A stretch of DNA of 64,000 nucleotides, taken from contig OX597829.1 in assembly GCA_951406725.2 (NCBI GenBank), positions 45,694,001-45,758,000 of the forward strand, in the 5' to 3' direction. The DNA is from Octopus vulgaris. Its lineage: Eukaryota. The translations under genes were made by a program, and so were the position numbers. This document shows positions 27,007 to 39,450 of the stretch, in pieces (the first letter of the stretch is position 1; each line of letters opens with the position of its first letter). The notes under the pieces are model-generated. The model had not been told where the DNA came from. It did not search any database and saw nothing but the letters and a program-made list of their open reading frames with translations.

Positions 27007-28235
27007 ATGCTATAGGGATAGAAATGAAACTATTACAACATAATAGTTACATTGATGTTGTTGTTGTTGTTGTTGTTCCCTAGTTCAGCCTTTATTGAAA
27101 TGGACATTTGATCAAATGTATTCCAATCACGATCACTTTATATTTATTATTTTTGTATATTTAGAATTACATTGTCTAATTCATCCTTCTTTCTTATAAA
27201 CAATAGAGTGTGATTTCAGGAAGTGTTGGCTACTATATCTAGTAGATTATGCAACTTTTGTATATACAGTTCTTTGATGGTGGTGTTCTTGTTGTTGATA
27301 CCCCAAAGCCAATTCTGATCAAGCAGACTTATGATCAAAAGGCACAGTCTTCCAAACATTATCAAAGACTATCCAATACATTCTTCCTTTTTTTTTTATT
27401 TATTTATAAGACAATAGGGTGTAGTTTAAAGAGGATTTAACTGGGTGTTTTTTTCTAACAGTTTCCAACAATTCCCTCCACGGTTTGTCAAATAGCATTG
27501 GTTTGTTTACATCTTTTAACATAGTAGTTTGCCAAAAGGAAAGGGATAGAATAAGTTCTAGACTTCAAGAACAAAATAAGTATAGTTCAATGAAACCCTT
27601 CATTGGGGTGTCAAAGCATGGCTGCAATCCAATGAGTGAAACAAGTTAAAGATAAAAAAATATGGTTATGTAATTTGTTCAATTCTACATTTCCTATAAT
27701 AATAATAATAATGATAATAATAATAATGATAATAATGATAACGATGATAATGATAATAATAATAATAATAATAATGATAATAATAGTAATAATAATAATA
27801 ATAATAATGTAAAGGTACATGGCTCAGTTGTTAGGGCATTGGGCTAACAATCATGAGGTAGTGAATTTGATTTCCGGTCTGGGCTGCATTTTGTGTTCTT
27901 GAGCAAGACACTTTATTTCACGTTGCTCCAGTTTACTCAGCTGTAGAAATGAGTTGCGACATCACTGGTACCAAGCTGTATCGGCCCCTTTGCCTTTCCC
28001 TTGGATAACACTGGTGATGTGGAGAGGGGAGGCCGGTATGCATGGGTGACTGATGGTCTTCTATATACAACCTTGCCCAGATTTGTGCCTTGCAAGGGAC
28101 CTTTTTATGTGCAATCCCATGGTCATTCATCACCAAAGGGGATCTTTACTGCTTTACTGTTTTTTATTATAATAATCATAATAATAATAATAATAATAAT
28201 AATAATTACTCTCTTTTCCTGATCTGGTATTGCAG

Positions 28236-28347
28236 GACTATTGGACCCTCAGGTTTTGGTTCCTAGGTCGAGCTGATGGAGTCACTAAAAAGAGGGCCTT
28301 CACTGATTACTTTCAGGAATTGATGAACCAAGAAGACTTTCCAAAAA
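28236..28347 (+). CDS. Internal coding exon A of a long-intron gene (DYWTLRFWFLGRADGVTKKRAFTDYFQELMNQEDFPK)
   Basis: Unique sequence. Acceptor ...ggtattgcag|GAC, donor AAAA|gtatgt. Open frame, phase 0 to 1, joins in frame to exon 34746 (junction codon A+AT = Asn). Confidence 0.75.
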
Positions 28348-30085
28348 GTATGTTGTTTATATTGTTTTTAAATATATTGACTCCTGAGCCTTATTTCTTA
28401 TTTTGTTCCAGGGTTCCAGTTCAATATCTTATCTAATTTTGATATGAATTCCGTAATGATTTTTTTCTCTGTATCACGCATAAACCGGGGTTAAATAGAC
28501 TTTTTTTTTTTCCATGATCCACTTGTAGGTCATTTTTGATATCTAAGTTCATTATATGAACTAGACCTTCCAGTGGATCATAAAATAAATTCAAATTCTT
28601 GGCTATTAGGACATCAATGATATTGAAGATGTGAATATTCAGATTTTATAAATATTGAAAGTTCAGTCCTCTAACTAGAAACAGTATGCACATCTATTTT
28701 CACCAAAATCTTTAAAAAGTAACAAATGGTTGGTTTCCTTGGTACCTAAAAACGCATTCTGTTCCCTTCTGTGAATTTTATATTCTGTTCAATCAGACAT
28801 TTTATCAGTATGATATAAATGCGAAAAATCAAAAGAAAATGCAAAATAAATTATAAATTATATGAAAAAAATAGAAGTTCTAGTGGACCGTAATTACTAG
28901 TTTAAGCAGCAATAACATGCCAACTCAAAAAGAAATAAGATGGCCCATCAGAAATCATATGGGTTTTGCAAACGTAACATCATGACCCTATGATGGGTCA
29001 TATGGGAATTGATGTGTTCAAGAAATTCTACTATTGGTGCACATTTCAGTATTCTACACATAGGGAAAGTGTTTGTTGTTGGTAATCTCTTGGACCTGAG
29101 AAACATGGTTCCACAACTTCTTGTTGAAAACCCTGTACAAAAGCATTATTTTTGTGTTGTACATTAGTTCCCTCCCTCCATCAAATCAACGTTACCTGGA
29201 CAGGTATATGGTGTACCACACACACACACACACTCAAACACATATTGCATTTATATACTCTTTACTCTTTTTACTCTTTTACTTGTTTCAGTCATTTGAC
29301 TGCGGCCATGCTGGGGCACCACCTTTAATCGAACAAATTGACCCCGGGACTTATTCTTTGTAAGCCCAGTACTTATTCTATCGGTCTCTTTTTGCCGAAC
29401 CGCTAAGTGACGGGGACATAAACACACCAGCATCGGTTGTCAAGCAATGCTAGGGGGACAAACACAGACACACAAACACACACACATACATATATATATA
29501 CATATATACGACGGACTTCTTTCAGTTTCCGTCTACCAAATCCACTCACAAGGCTTTGGTCAGCCTGAGGCTATAGTAGAAGACACTTGCCCAAGGTGCC
29601 ACGCAGTGGGACTGAACCCGGAACCATGTGGTTGGTAAACAAGCTACTTACCACACAGCCACTCCTATGTATGTATATAATGGAATCTCCTGTCAAAGAT
29701 GATGGATGAACATTCAGCTGAATGACCTGCACACACAAGTACATGTACACACACCACAAGAACAATTACATACACACACACACAATACTTAAGCACGGTA
29801 CTACATCAACTAGAAAATATAACTGAAATTCAAACCAGTTTAAGCCTTTTGTTGTGAAATTTGAAAACAGTGGGAATACATTTAGTTAATTTCTTTATAC
29901 AGAGAGAAATAAATGAGGATTTTTTGACATATTTCATGGCTTGTTGATTACTCAGAAGACAAGTACCCCTAACTCCATCTACCCATAAAGAAAGTATTTA
30001 ATTCAATCACTGTACCGAGACTAAGTCGCAGGCCATGTTATTATCAGTGACATAAATTAGATAATTGGTATTTATACATAATAGA

Positions 30086-30394
30086 GTGGAGGCGCAATGG
30101 CCCAGTGGTTAGGGCAGTGGACTCGCGGTCGGAGGATCACGGTTTCGATTCCCAGACTGGGCGTTGTGTGTGTTTATTGAACGAAAACACCTAAAAGCAC
30201 CACGAGGCTCCGGCAGGGGATTGTGGTGATCCCTGCTGTACTCTTTCTCCACAACTTTCTCTCACTCTTTCTTCTGTTGGCCTGCTTGCTTAGCCAGCGG
30301 GGTGGCGTCATTTGAAGGCTAAAACAATGCGAAGCGCATTGTGACCAGCGATGTGTAACAACATCTGATGGACTGGTCGGTCATGGTGACGGTG
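30086..30394 (+). mobile_element. Full-length tRNA-derived SINE family E, tail variant 1, 10-bp TSD
   Basis: A box TGGCCCAGTGG, B box GTTTCGATTCC. TSD acataataga at 30076-30085 and 30395-30404. Confidence 0.85.
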
Positions 30395-31195
30395 ACATAA
30401 TAGAATGTGATTTAAAAATACTGACATAAATATAAAGTATGTGTATAGTACATGCATAGATAGAGGTGCAGAAATGGCTGTGTGGTAAGTAGCTTGCTTA
30501 CCAACCACATAACCCTGAGTTCAGTCCCACTGCATGGCACCTTGGGCAAGTGTCTTCTACTATATCTATTTCTTTACTACCCACAAGGGGCTAAACACAG
30601 GAGACAAACAAGGACAGCCAAATGGATTAAGTCGATTATATCGACCCCAGTGCGGTACAGGTACTTATTTAATCGACCCCGAAAGGATGAAAGGCAAAGT
30701 CGACCTCGGCAGAATTTGAACTCAGAACGTAACGACAGACGAAATACCGTTTAGCATTTCACCCGGTCTGCTAATGATTCTGCCAGCTCACTGCTTTTCA
30801 CTATACCCTCGGGCCGACCAAATCCTTGTGAGTGGATTTGGTTGATGGAAACTGAAAGAAGCCCATAGTATATATACATATGTGTGTGTCTGTGTTTGAC
30901 GCCCCCTACCATTGCTTGACAACTGATGCTGGTGTGTTTATGTCCCCTTAGTGGTTTGGCAAAAGGGACCAATAGGATAAGTACTAGGCTTTGAAGAATT
31001 AATCCTAGGGTCGATTTGCTCGACTAAAGGTGGTGCTCCAGCATGACCATAGTCAAATGACTGAAAGAAGTATAAGAATATGTAAATGCACACACACTAA
31101 CATACATACATATATGTGTGTGTGTTTGTATGTGTGTGTGTGTGTGTATGTGTGTATGTGTGTGTGTGTGTAGTTATATATGTGTGTGTGTGTGA

Positions 31196-31235
<40 letters not shown>

Positions 31236-31293
31236 CGGAGATGTACTTGCATAGCAAGTGACTTGATCTGAGTTCGGGTGCTGGAAGGAAAAC

Positions 31294-31386
31294 AATTGCA
31301 GCGTGGAAGGTGTTTATAAGCCATTTAAGAAACACACAAAACCGTGTGTTTCTTAAATGGCTTATAAACACCTTCCACGCTGCAAT

Positions 31387-31387
<1 letters not shown>
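31294..31387. repeat. Perfect 44-bp-arm inverted repeat between (TA)n tracts
   Basis: aattgcagcgtggaagg...aaacacac-aaaacc-gtgtgttt...ccttccacgctgcaatt. Confidence 0.9.
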
Positions 31388-31423
<36 letters not shown>

Positions 31424-31844
31424 ACACACACACACACACACACATAGTCATGCCCATTGTCAGTGTCATGTAAATGACAACCGTGCTGGTGTCACGTATA
31501 ATGCACCCACTACAACCTCAGAGTGGTTGGCATTAGGAAAGTCATCCTGCCATAGAAACCTAACCAAAATCAGACTGGGACCTTTTTGTGGCTGTCAGTA
31601 TGTATGTATGGTTTGTTTGTTGTAAGAGTGTTTTTTTTATATTTATAAAAAAATTTTCCCTGATATAAACTTTATTTCGTTGGAGAAGATATTATCTATA
31701 TTTTGTTATTTACCCTCAACCCATATATTAAGCACATTGGTTCGAGCCTATTGAAAGCAAGTCTTGGAAGGGGTTTCATGGGAGTTACGTAGAATGAATT
31801 TTATTTTCTGTTCTACGTTCATCTCCCTGACACTAGATGTAAAG

Positions 31845-32110
31845 AAGAATAATCCGAAGTTACGTAAAGTGAGAAAAACCTGAAATTATGTAAAGGGAGA
31901 TAATCTGAAGTTATGTAAAGGGAAATAATCTGAAGTTATGTAAAGGGAAATAATCTGAAGTTATGTAAAGGGAAATAATCTGAAGTTATGTAAAGGGAAA
32001 TAATCTGAAGTGTTGTCAGTGGTAATAAGCCGAAGCTGTGTAATACCCTTACACACTAACTTGAAGTTGTGTCAAGGGAAATAATCCGGAGTTGTGTAAG
32101 GGGAAAGAAC
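31845..32110 (+). repeat. 25-bp minisatellite (taaagggaaataatctgaagttatg)
   Basis: Period 25 at 31891, 31916, 31941, 31966 and 31991, with degenerate flanking units. Confidence 0.9.
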
Positions 32111-32278
32111 CCAACATACTACGTTAAAAAATTTATGGAACGAATTTCACTACTTGCATTTCGTTTATTTTTATACTGAAAATAAATATCCATGATCAAT
32201 ATTTTTTTTCGTGTTTCTTTGTCTCACTAGTACAGTAACAGCCGTGAACAAATATCCGCCAAAATTTCCACGCTATAT

Positions 32279-32634
32279 CATTGGTTCTCAACCGGCGCCC
32301 TTATGATCCCTGAGGGTCCACATAGCATTTTTAGGGATCCTTGTAAATGAAATAATAAATTGAGGATCCATAATATTATTTCAAGGTTACCTGAAAAAAA
32401 GATTTGCTTTAGATGTATGTATTGGTATTTATTACAAGATACAGTTAAGTTTCTTTCTCTAAAATTTTACTTAATTCAAACTACACGAGGTGATGTGTGA
32501 AAAACAAAATAGGTATTTTGAAAGAAGTTGCTGTAAAAGTAGTTTGTAGACATCAAAGGGCTATGGGGGTGCACCAGAATAAAATGATAATCAAAGGGAT
32601 CCATAGATAAAAAAAAATTGGTTGAGAACCATTG
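32279..32634. mobile_element. hAT (Charlie-like) MITE
   Basis: TIRs cattggttctcaacc / ggttgagaaccattg. TSD not recognisable. Confidence 0.65.
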
Positions 32635-32943
32635 CTGCAAACGATTGAACGACTTGCTCGATTTAGCAGCCAAATTTCGCTGAGGTCACATTCGACAATC
32701 AGTTCAAGAAGACAAGCCATCTTGGCTCATGCAAAACTAAATATACAGCAACCGGTGGTCATGTTTGGTACGTTTCTAATCATGAGATTGCTCAATAAAT
32801 TCTGAGCTGGGCTAAACCAATACCAACGACAACAACAACAAATTTCGTACTTTCTAGAAATTCGCGGTCTTGTAATGATGGTAATCTACGTGTCAACTGA
32901 AAGTTACGTGAAGCAGAAGAGGACAGCATTAACGAATAATATT

Positions 32944-33338
32944 TCTCTATATAAAGCTGAAGTTGTCTGTGTATGACAGGTTTGGTAGCCTTCAACTAAC
33001 ACTATCTCCTCCGAGACCCTGCGGTGCAAGTTAACCAAAATTGAGAGTATGATAGAAGATGGCTTGCTCTTCCTTCCGTAGAAGAAAAAACTTAAATCGG
33101 ACCATGTTAACACCAAAAATTATTTACATCAAAAAGGTGCTTTTCTTTGTACGAAAATCCCTATATTTTACGATTTTTTTACTGCTGTGTCGCCATTTTT
33201 CGGTGTATTTCAACCAGAAAAATGTTCACTTAAAGAGAATAACCAGCTACATAATGCAAAATTTTTACTTTTCAAAAATTCCAATTCTAAAGGGTTAAAA
33301 AGAAAACAAGCCTGAGCAACGCCGGGCTATACTGCTAG
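32944..33338 (+). mobile_element. Non-autonomous Helitron (subfamily 2)
   Basis: TCTCTATATAAAG start, shared tgcggtgca..ttaaccaaaa motif, 3' cctgagcaacgccggg...CTAG|T. Confidence 0.75.
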
Positions 33339-34745
33339 TTTTAAATATTTTTAACGTAAAATATTTTAGTGACTCCCTCAGCAGGTAAGGGAAGCAACTC
33401 TTATTGTTTGGTATGATTTAGACCGTCACAGTGAAGCGTAATCTTCAGTTTATATGCTGTACTAGTGATAGTGTAAAACCACTGTGTAGCCGAAGTACAA
33501 TGTACTAAATGAGTAGAAATAAACAAAATGTGTTAAAAACATTCTGTGCTGTAGAGTGACCTAGTCCATCCATGTGCATCATGTTTATCTGGTCTGTGGA
33601 TTTTTTTTTTTTATATAACTATTTCTTTACAACCACAAGGGGACAAACAAGGACAGGCAAACGGATTAAATCGATTACATCGACCCCAGTGCGTAACTGG
33701 TACTTAATTTATCGATCCCGAAAGGATGAAAGGCAAAGTCGACCTCGGCGGAATTTGAACTCAGAACGTAACGGCAGACGAAATACGGGTACGCATTTCG
33801 TCCGGTGTGCTAACGTTTCTGCCAGCTCACCGCCTTTTATATGACGTGTAAGAGTAGGCTTACTAGCTGTTAGATTAACCATCATGCTTTGCAAATAGAA
33901 AAGCATGTTGTGTCTGGTACTCCACGATTCCCACATTAGAATTTAGTGTCACCAATTTTGAGTGCATGTGCGAATTGTATGTATGTGAGAGAGACAGAAG
34001 ATGGATAGATGGATAAATAAAAAAGAGAAGATAGATGAATGGATAGACAGATAAGTGTGTGTGTATGTGTGTGTGTTTGGTGAGTGTGTTTATTTGTATG
34101 CATGATCATATGTGATCATATGTACGTGTGAGCGTACAGGAAGACTTCAAAAAGAGTTAGTTAAGCAACATTAAGGAATGAACAGAGGTGATGGTCAAAG
34201 ATATGATATTTGCTGCTGACTGGAAAAAGAAATATAGCAAGGATGATACATGCTGTGTTTGTTGCTATGTTCCTACGGTCTGATTGAATATGGGATTTGA
34301 TTTATTGAATTTATGCATATTAAGTCATCATCATCATTTAATGTCCGTTTTCCATACTAGCATGGGTTGGACGGTTCGACCGGGGTCTGGGAAGCGAGGA
34401 GGCTGCACCAGTGTTTCTACAGCTGGATGCCCTTCCTAACGCCAACCACTCCATGAGTGTAGTGGGTGCTTTTTACGTGCCACCTGCACAGGTGCCAGGC
34501 GAGGCTGGCAACATCCACAATTGGTTGGTGCTTTTTATGTGCCACTGGCATGGAAGCTAGTCAAGGCGTCACTGGCATCAGCCACATTCGGATGGTGCTT
34601 TTTATGGTGCCACCAGCACAGGTATCACAACTACAATTTCCATTTGATATTTTGATGTTGATGTACTTGACTCAGTAGGTCTCCTCAAGCACAGCAGGTC
34701 GCCCTTTATTTATCTGGTCATTTGTTTATTCTTATTTTATGACAG

Positions 34746-34862
34746 ATTACATTGGTTTCGTTAAGAGAGCTTTGGTTCTGCTGAAGAAGTATTCACTTAT
34801 CAAAAGAGTCGAACTTTTGGTGGAAAAACCTGAGGATCCTGATGACACTAGCACACCAATTA
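34746..34862 (+). CDS. Internal coding exon B (YIGFVKRALVLLKKYSLIKRVELLVEKPEDPDDTSTPI)
   Basis: Acceptor ttcttattttatgacag|AT, canonical donor A|gtaagt. 117 nt, phase 1-1, open frame, in frame with exons A and C. Confidence 0.8.
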
Positions 34863-34974
34863 GTAAGTTTAATTTGATTTACATTGGAATTTTTATGCTT
34901 TCAGTGTTTTATGTATTTAATTATTCACGAGCTTTCTTTTGTCTTTGATAGACATTAGACTACAAAAGGAGATT

Positions 34975-35415
34975 TCTTCTTTCTTTATGCCTTTAACCCT
35001 CCAACGCGGAGTATAGGCCACTTATAGTTGAATTCTATGTCGCATAATTTTTCGCTTCTGTACTTATACTCTGCCATGAATATCCCCCTTTCTCTAGTTC
35101 CTTTTGTGTTGATCCCCACCATGAGTTCTTAGGCCTACCTCTCCTTCTATATCCATCCGGTTTCCACTGTAAAGCACTTTTCACTACATTTGGTGTGTCT
35201 TTTCTAATTGTGCTACCAATCCACTTCAACTTTTTCTTAAATATTTGCTCCCTAATCGAAACTTGATTTGTTCTTTGCCATAGCTCCATATTGCTTATGT
35301 ATTCGGGCCATCTAATTTTAAGTATACTATACAAGCATCTGTTGATGAATGATTGTATTTGCTTATTTGACTTAACTGATGTTCATCATGTCTCAGCCCC
35401 ATACAATAACACTGC
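34975..35415 (-). mobile_element. Degenerate RTE-like LINE 3' fragment
   Basis: ILKIRWPEYISNMELWQRTNQ...KWIG...WKPDGYRRRGRPKNSW. Confidence 0.85.
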
Positions 35416-35619
35416 TAAAAATACAAAATATAAAATAAATACAAAAGGAGATTAATGATATAAAAAAAAAAAGAAACATCAGTTTTATCATTACTGTTTC
35501 CTATAAAGTACCTCAAATCTTTTAGGATTTTCAGATATCCTCAAAGTTAGGTAAATGGCCCCAATGCTGACATTAAAGTCAGAAAAGCACAAATGTATCA
35601 CAAACTCAAGAGAATGCCC

Positions 35620-36040
35620 AAGGGGAAGGAAAATCAAACTGTTCCTTATCACTGTTGAGTCAGTGTTCTTGCATGGAAGAAAACATAGACAATTGCCACA
35701 TAAGTTAAAGAAGAGTTTTGCTGGTTTCTACACAAGAATGGTAAGAATGACTCTGGATGTGAAATGGCAGAAACAGAAACACATGACCATTGAGCATCTA
35801 TATGAAAACTTTCCAAAAGTGACCAACAAGATCAGAGAACGAAGTCTCAGCATATCAGGTCATTGTGTGTGGCACCAAGAAGAAGCATCAAAACTTGTGC
35901 TCTAAGACCCACAGTATATCACTGGTATGCATAGGAAACATTGTTTGATGTTTGTTGACAACTTGAAGGAGGACACAAGATTGGATTCTATCCATGAACT
36001 GAAGATGATGTTGGTGGATTGAGATGCTTGGTGAAATGTT
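35620..36040 (+). mobile_element. Old RTE-like LINE C-terminal relic
   Basis: KIKLFLITVESVFLHG...FYTRMVRMTLDVKWQ...IRERSLSISGHCVWH. Confidence 0.65.
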
Positions 36041-36757
36041 CTTGTCTTTGAGGATTTGGTAGTTGCCAAGCCAGATTAAAATTTATTCCTTATAACTTTA
36101 TATTGTAATTTTGAAGAAGGCTTACATATTTGTGTCTCTTATTTGTTTTGCCTCATAGACAAACAAAACAGTTCCACCTTTTTTTTCTCTTGCCTGAGTA
36201 GTTTCTATAGATAATTGGCAGCCAGCTTTAAGAGCTGTATAAAACATATGTTCTGATAAGCAAAACAATGAAAACATCACTTAATGAAATCTGGATATGC
36301 TGGAAATCTGCTGTTGATAGGTGAATCTCCCCTAAATCGCTTTCTACTACCTTCAAAAATAGAAAGATTTCTTGAATAATGTAGTTCTGGTTATGCAATG
36401 TCATGCAGAAATGTCTCTGTACAAAGATCTGCTTCATCTAGGCGGGCCTGGTTTAAAATTGTATCAATAAGAACAAGATTTCATTTCACCTAACCCTAAC
36501 CAATATTAGCATAGAAAATAATAATAAATATAGAAAAAAAAAAAACATATAGAAAATATACAGAAATAATGATAAATATAGTAAAAACTGTGGAAAAGAA
36601 AAGGAAAATGTTTTATAAAATGTACTTTTAACTAAATTTATTCACTGAAACTAAATTCTTAAAAGACAATCTATTGTTTATTGTAGGTCAGTCATCCAGT
36701 TGTTGTAGTAGTAGTTAATTTAATTTTTTTGTCTATTTTTGTTTGTTGTATATACAT

Positions 36758-36796
<39 letters not shown>

Positions 36797-36802
<6 letters not shown>

Positions 36803-37013
36803 GGTGCTGAAAAGTTCCTGGCTTTGGGTAAAAGAAAATTCAGGAGGATCAGTTAATTACAATTTTATTCAACATCTTCCCCTCTCAGATTCACACACTT
36901 AATGCAGGGGTCCTTCACATTCTCTAAGCCCTGTAAAAGAACTCGGATGGTTGGGTCTCAACCCAGGCCTTTCATGATACCTGTAAAGCCAGGAACTTTT
37001 CAGCACCCACTTG
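36797..37013. mobile_element. Tc1/mariner-type MITE
   Basis: TIRs gggtgctgaaaagttcctggcttt / aaagccaggaacttttcagcaccc in a TA context. Second, nested copy at 47413-48286. Confidence 0.8.
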
Positions 37014-37281
37014 TGTGTGTGTGTGTGTGTGTGTGCATGCATACATATATATATATATATATACACACACTCACAATGGCGAAAATAAATTTGAAACGTT
37101 TATATTAATTTAGCATCAGAATTCTTCAAGTTGTATAAAAATAGTTATTGTCTGCATCATTCATAAGAGAAATAAATTCTGCATAAAGTGTAAAAGATAG
37201 AAATAATTTGTATGGTGTTAGTAACAAAATATTTTGTAAGAAATAGAACTTTTATCATCAGTCTTAAATTTATTTTTGCCA

Positions 37282-37334
<53 letters not shown>

Positions 37335-37335
<1 letters not shown>

Positions 37336-37566
37336 TTTATTTTAAGCAGCAGAAAATTCAACAAAATCTGTTACTCTGAGTTTCCGTTGCCGTTCATCGG
37401 ACAGTTTTTGCTAGAATCAAAAACTGTCCGATGAACGGCAACGAGAAACTCAGAGTAACAGATTTTGTTGAATTTTCTGCTGCTTAAAATAAAGCATATT
37501 ACTCTACCACTGGTATTTGAGTACTCTTTTTTCCACCTTGTTTCACATTTATGTGTTTACTCCGGT
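37335..37566. mobile_element. Fold-back element in (TA)n with a hammerhead-like motif in each arm (Penelope-like terminus)
   Basis: Arms 37335-37410 and 37418-37494 differ by one indel. Unique extension to 37566, (TA)n on both sides. Confidence 0.7.
37368..37404 (-). ncRNA. Minimal type-I hammerhead-like motif, family 1 (mirror copy on + at 37424-37461)
   Basis: ctgt-CCGATGA-a-cg gcaa cg-GAAA-ctc a gag-TA-acag. Stems I, II and III can be drawn, cleavage triplet GUA, core has U4C. Confidence 0.55.
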
Positions 37567-37658
37567 ATATATATATATATATATATATATATGACTTGCT
37601 AGGGTACCCCCACACCACTCCTTAATTCTACTACTGCCTGCTACTAGCCATTGTCCAC

Positions 37659-37692
<34 letters not shown>

Positions 37693-37861
37693 TCATCTCG
37701 TACACCTTTTTTACCATTCCTTCTTTGATATAGCTCTGTTGTTTTTAAAAATATTTTCCTCCTTTTTTACCACTTCCGTCTTTTAGTATGTAACCTCGTG
37801 AATACCACCGGCGATTTTCTTTTCCTCTGTCCTCCCGTCTCGGGATCTTTCCTTCTCCTAT

Positions 37862-37896
37862 GTTTCCGACGAAGAGCTCCGCTTGAAACGTCAAAC
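37862..37896 (+). ncRNA. Minimal hammerhead-like motif, family 2
   Basis: gttt-CCGACGA-a-gagc tcc gctt-GAAA-cg-TC-aaac. Downstream sequence is homologous to 63680-63780 on the minus strand. Confidence 0.55.
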
Positions 37897-38106
37897 CCTC
37901 CTTCTTCCCTTCTTTCCTGAGCATCCAATAATACTTTATTTATTCCACATCCTTGCGTTGTTGTCTTTTTGTTTTTTTGTTTTCTTGTTTGGATTAACTT
38001 TATATATATAAATATATATATATGTCTTAGACTCAATAAATTTATATGTACATTTCTCCTTTTTTAAATAACATTTTATCATTTTCATTCAATTATTTTA
38101 TTACAG

Positions 38107-38553
38107 AAAGTTTTATAACAGTTATCACTCCCGACTCATACAACTATCAACTTGTTCCTGAAGTTCCTGTTAACAACAAATCCTTCCTGACATTCCAACT
38201 GAAAGCGGCTGGCGATGCACACATTGCGCTCTCGGCCATGTACAGTGAGCTGCAAAGCAAAACCCATGAAATCGTCATCGGTGAGAACAACAAACGTTCA
38301 CTGATTAGAGAGGGATCATTGGGTTCAATCCGGGCTGAATCAATGACGATGAACATCTTGAGCAGCAAAGAGTTTCGATACTTCTGGGTGAGCTGGTTGA
38401 ACCATCACATTGAGGTGGGTCGAGGCAAGAAACACGGCCAAGGAAGATTCCTTCATTGGCATGTCCCACCAAATAAGCAGTTCAATATAAACTGTCTTGC
38501 CGTCTCTACTGGAAAAGCTTCAAAGGGAAGATGGGAGTTTGTGGAACTGCTCG
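38107..38553 (+). CDS. Coding exon C: farnesoic acid O-methyltransferase-like domain (Methyltransf_FA, the type also found in CPAMD8-like proteins)
   Basis: Acceptor ttttattacag|AA, donor G|gtgagt. 447 nt, phase 1-1. Motifs TPDSYNY, FQLKAAGDAHIALS, HEIVIG, ILSSKEFRYFWVSW, IEVG and STG...GRWEF match my recollection of this domain family. Confidence 0.9.
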
Positions 38554-39039
38554 GTGAGTTATTGTTGATTATTTGTATTTGTTTGTATTTTTATTTTTAT
38601 ATATAAATTCCCTGTTTTACCATTTATTTGAATGTTTCTTTGTTTGTTTCTCTAAGCCATGCAACCTCCTCCATAGCAAGGCACCTGTGCTTGTCCCTCT
38701 TATTATACTTCAGTCTTTCAACTTCTAGCATAAAGCTATCTCTTCCTCCTCTCAAATACTCTCTGCCCCTCTTAGTCACGAAGGTTTTTCAGCCTCTCCC
38801 TTTTTCTTTTTTTTTCCTTCTCTATTTTTCCTTTCTGTCTTGCAAATTGCTTGGCAACCTCACTAGTGCTGGTGTCACTTTAAACAGCAGCCAACCCACA
38901 CAGTAAAGTAGTTAGTATTAGGAAGGGCATATAGCCATAGAAATTGTTGTAAGGCTGATATTGAAACCAAAACAGGCCTGTAGCTTGCTTGACCCTGTCA
39001 AACCATCCGACCAATGACAGCATGGAAAACTGTCATTAA

Positions 39040-39450
39040 ATGACGATGACGATGATGACAACGATAACGATGACAATGATGATGATAATGAAGGTGACGA
39101 TGATTATAATGATGATGATGATTATAACAATGACTATAATGATGACAATGATTATAATGATGATGATGATGATGATAATGAAAATGATGATGGCAACAAT
39201 TATGATAATGACAAAGATGATGCTGATGATAATGATGACAATTATGATAACGATGATGACAATGCTGATGATGGCAATGATGATCACGAAGATGATGATT
39301 ATGACAATGATGACGATAATGATGATGATGATGGCGACAATGATGACGATGACAATGCTGATGACTATTATGATGATGGCAATGATGACAACGATGATGA
39401 TGATGGCAATGATGACAATGACAATGATGACGACAGCAATGATGATGATG
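39040..39450. repeat. Degenerate (GAT/GAC/AAT)n trinucleotide tract
   Basis: Directly visible. It extends the tail of a degenerate family C copy. Confidence 0.9.

Noticed and set aside
30086-30160. tRNA genes at SINE heads (also 45049, 52185, 56720, 63911)
   Set aside because: A and B boxes are present but run into SINE bodies, some with TSDs. No convincing acceptor stem.
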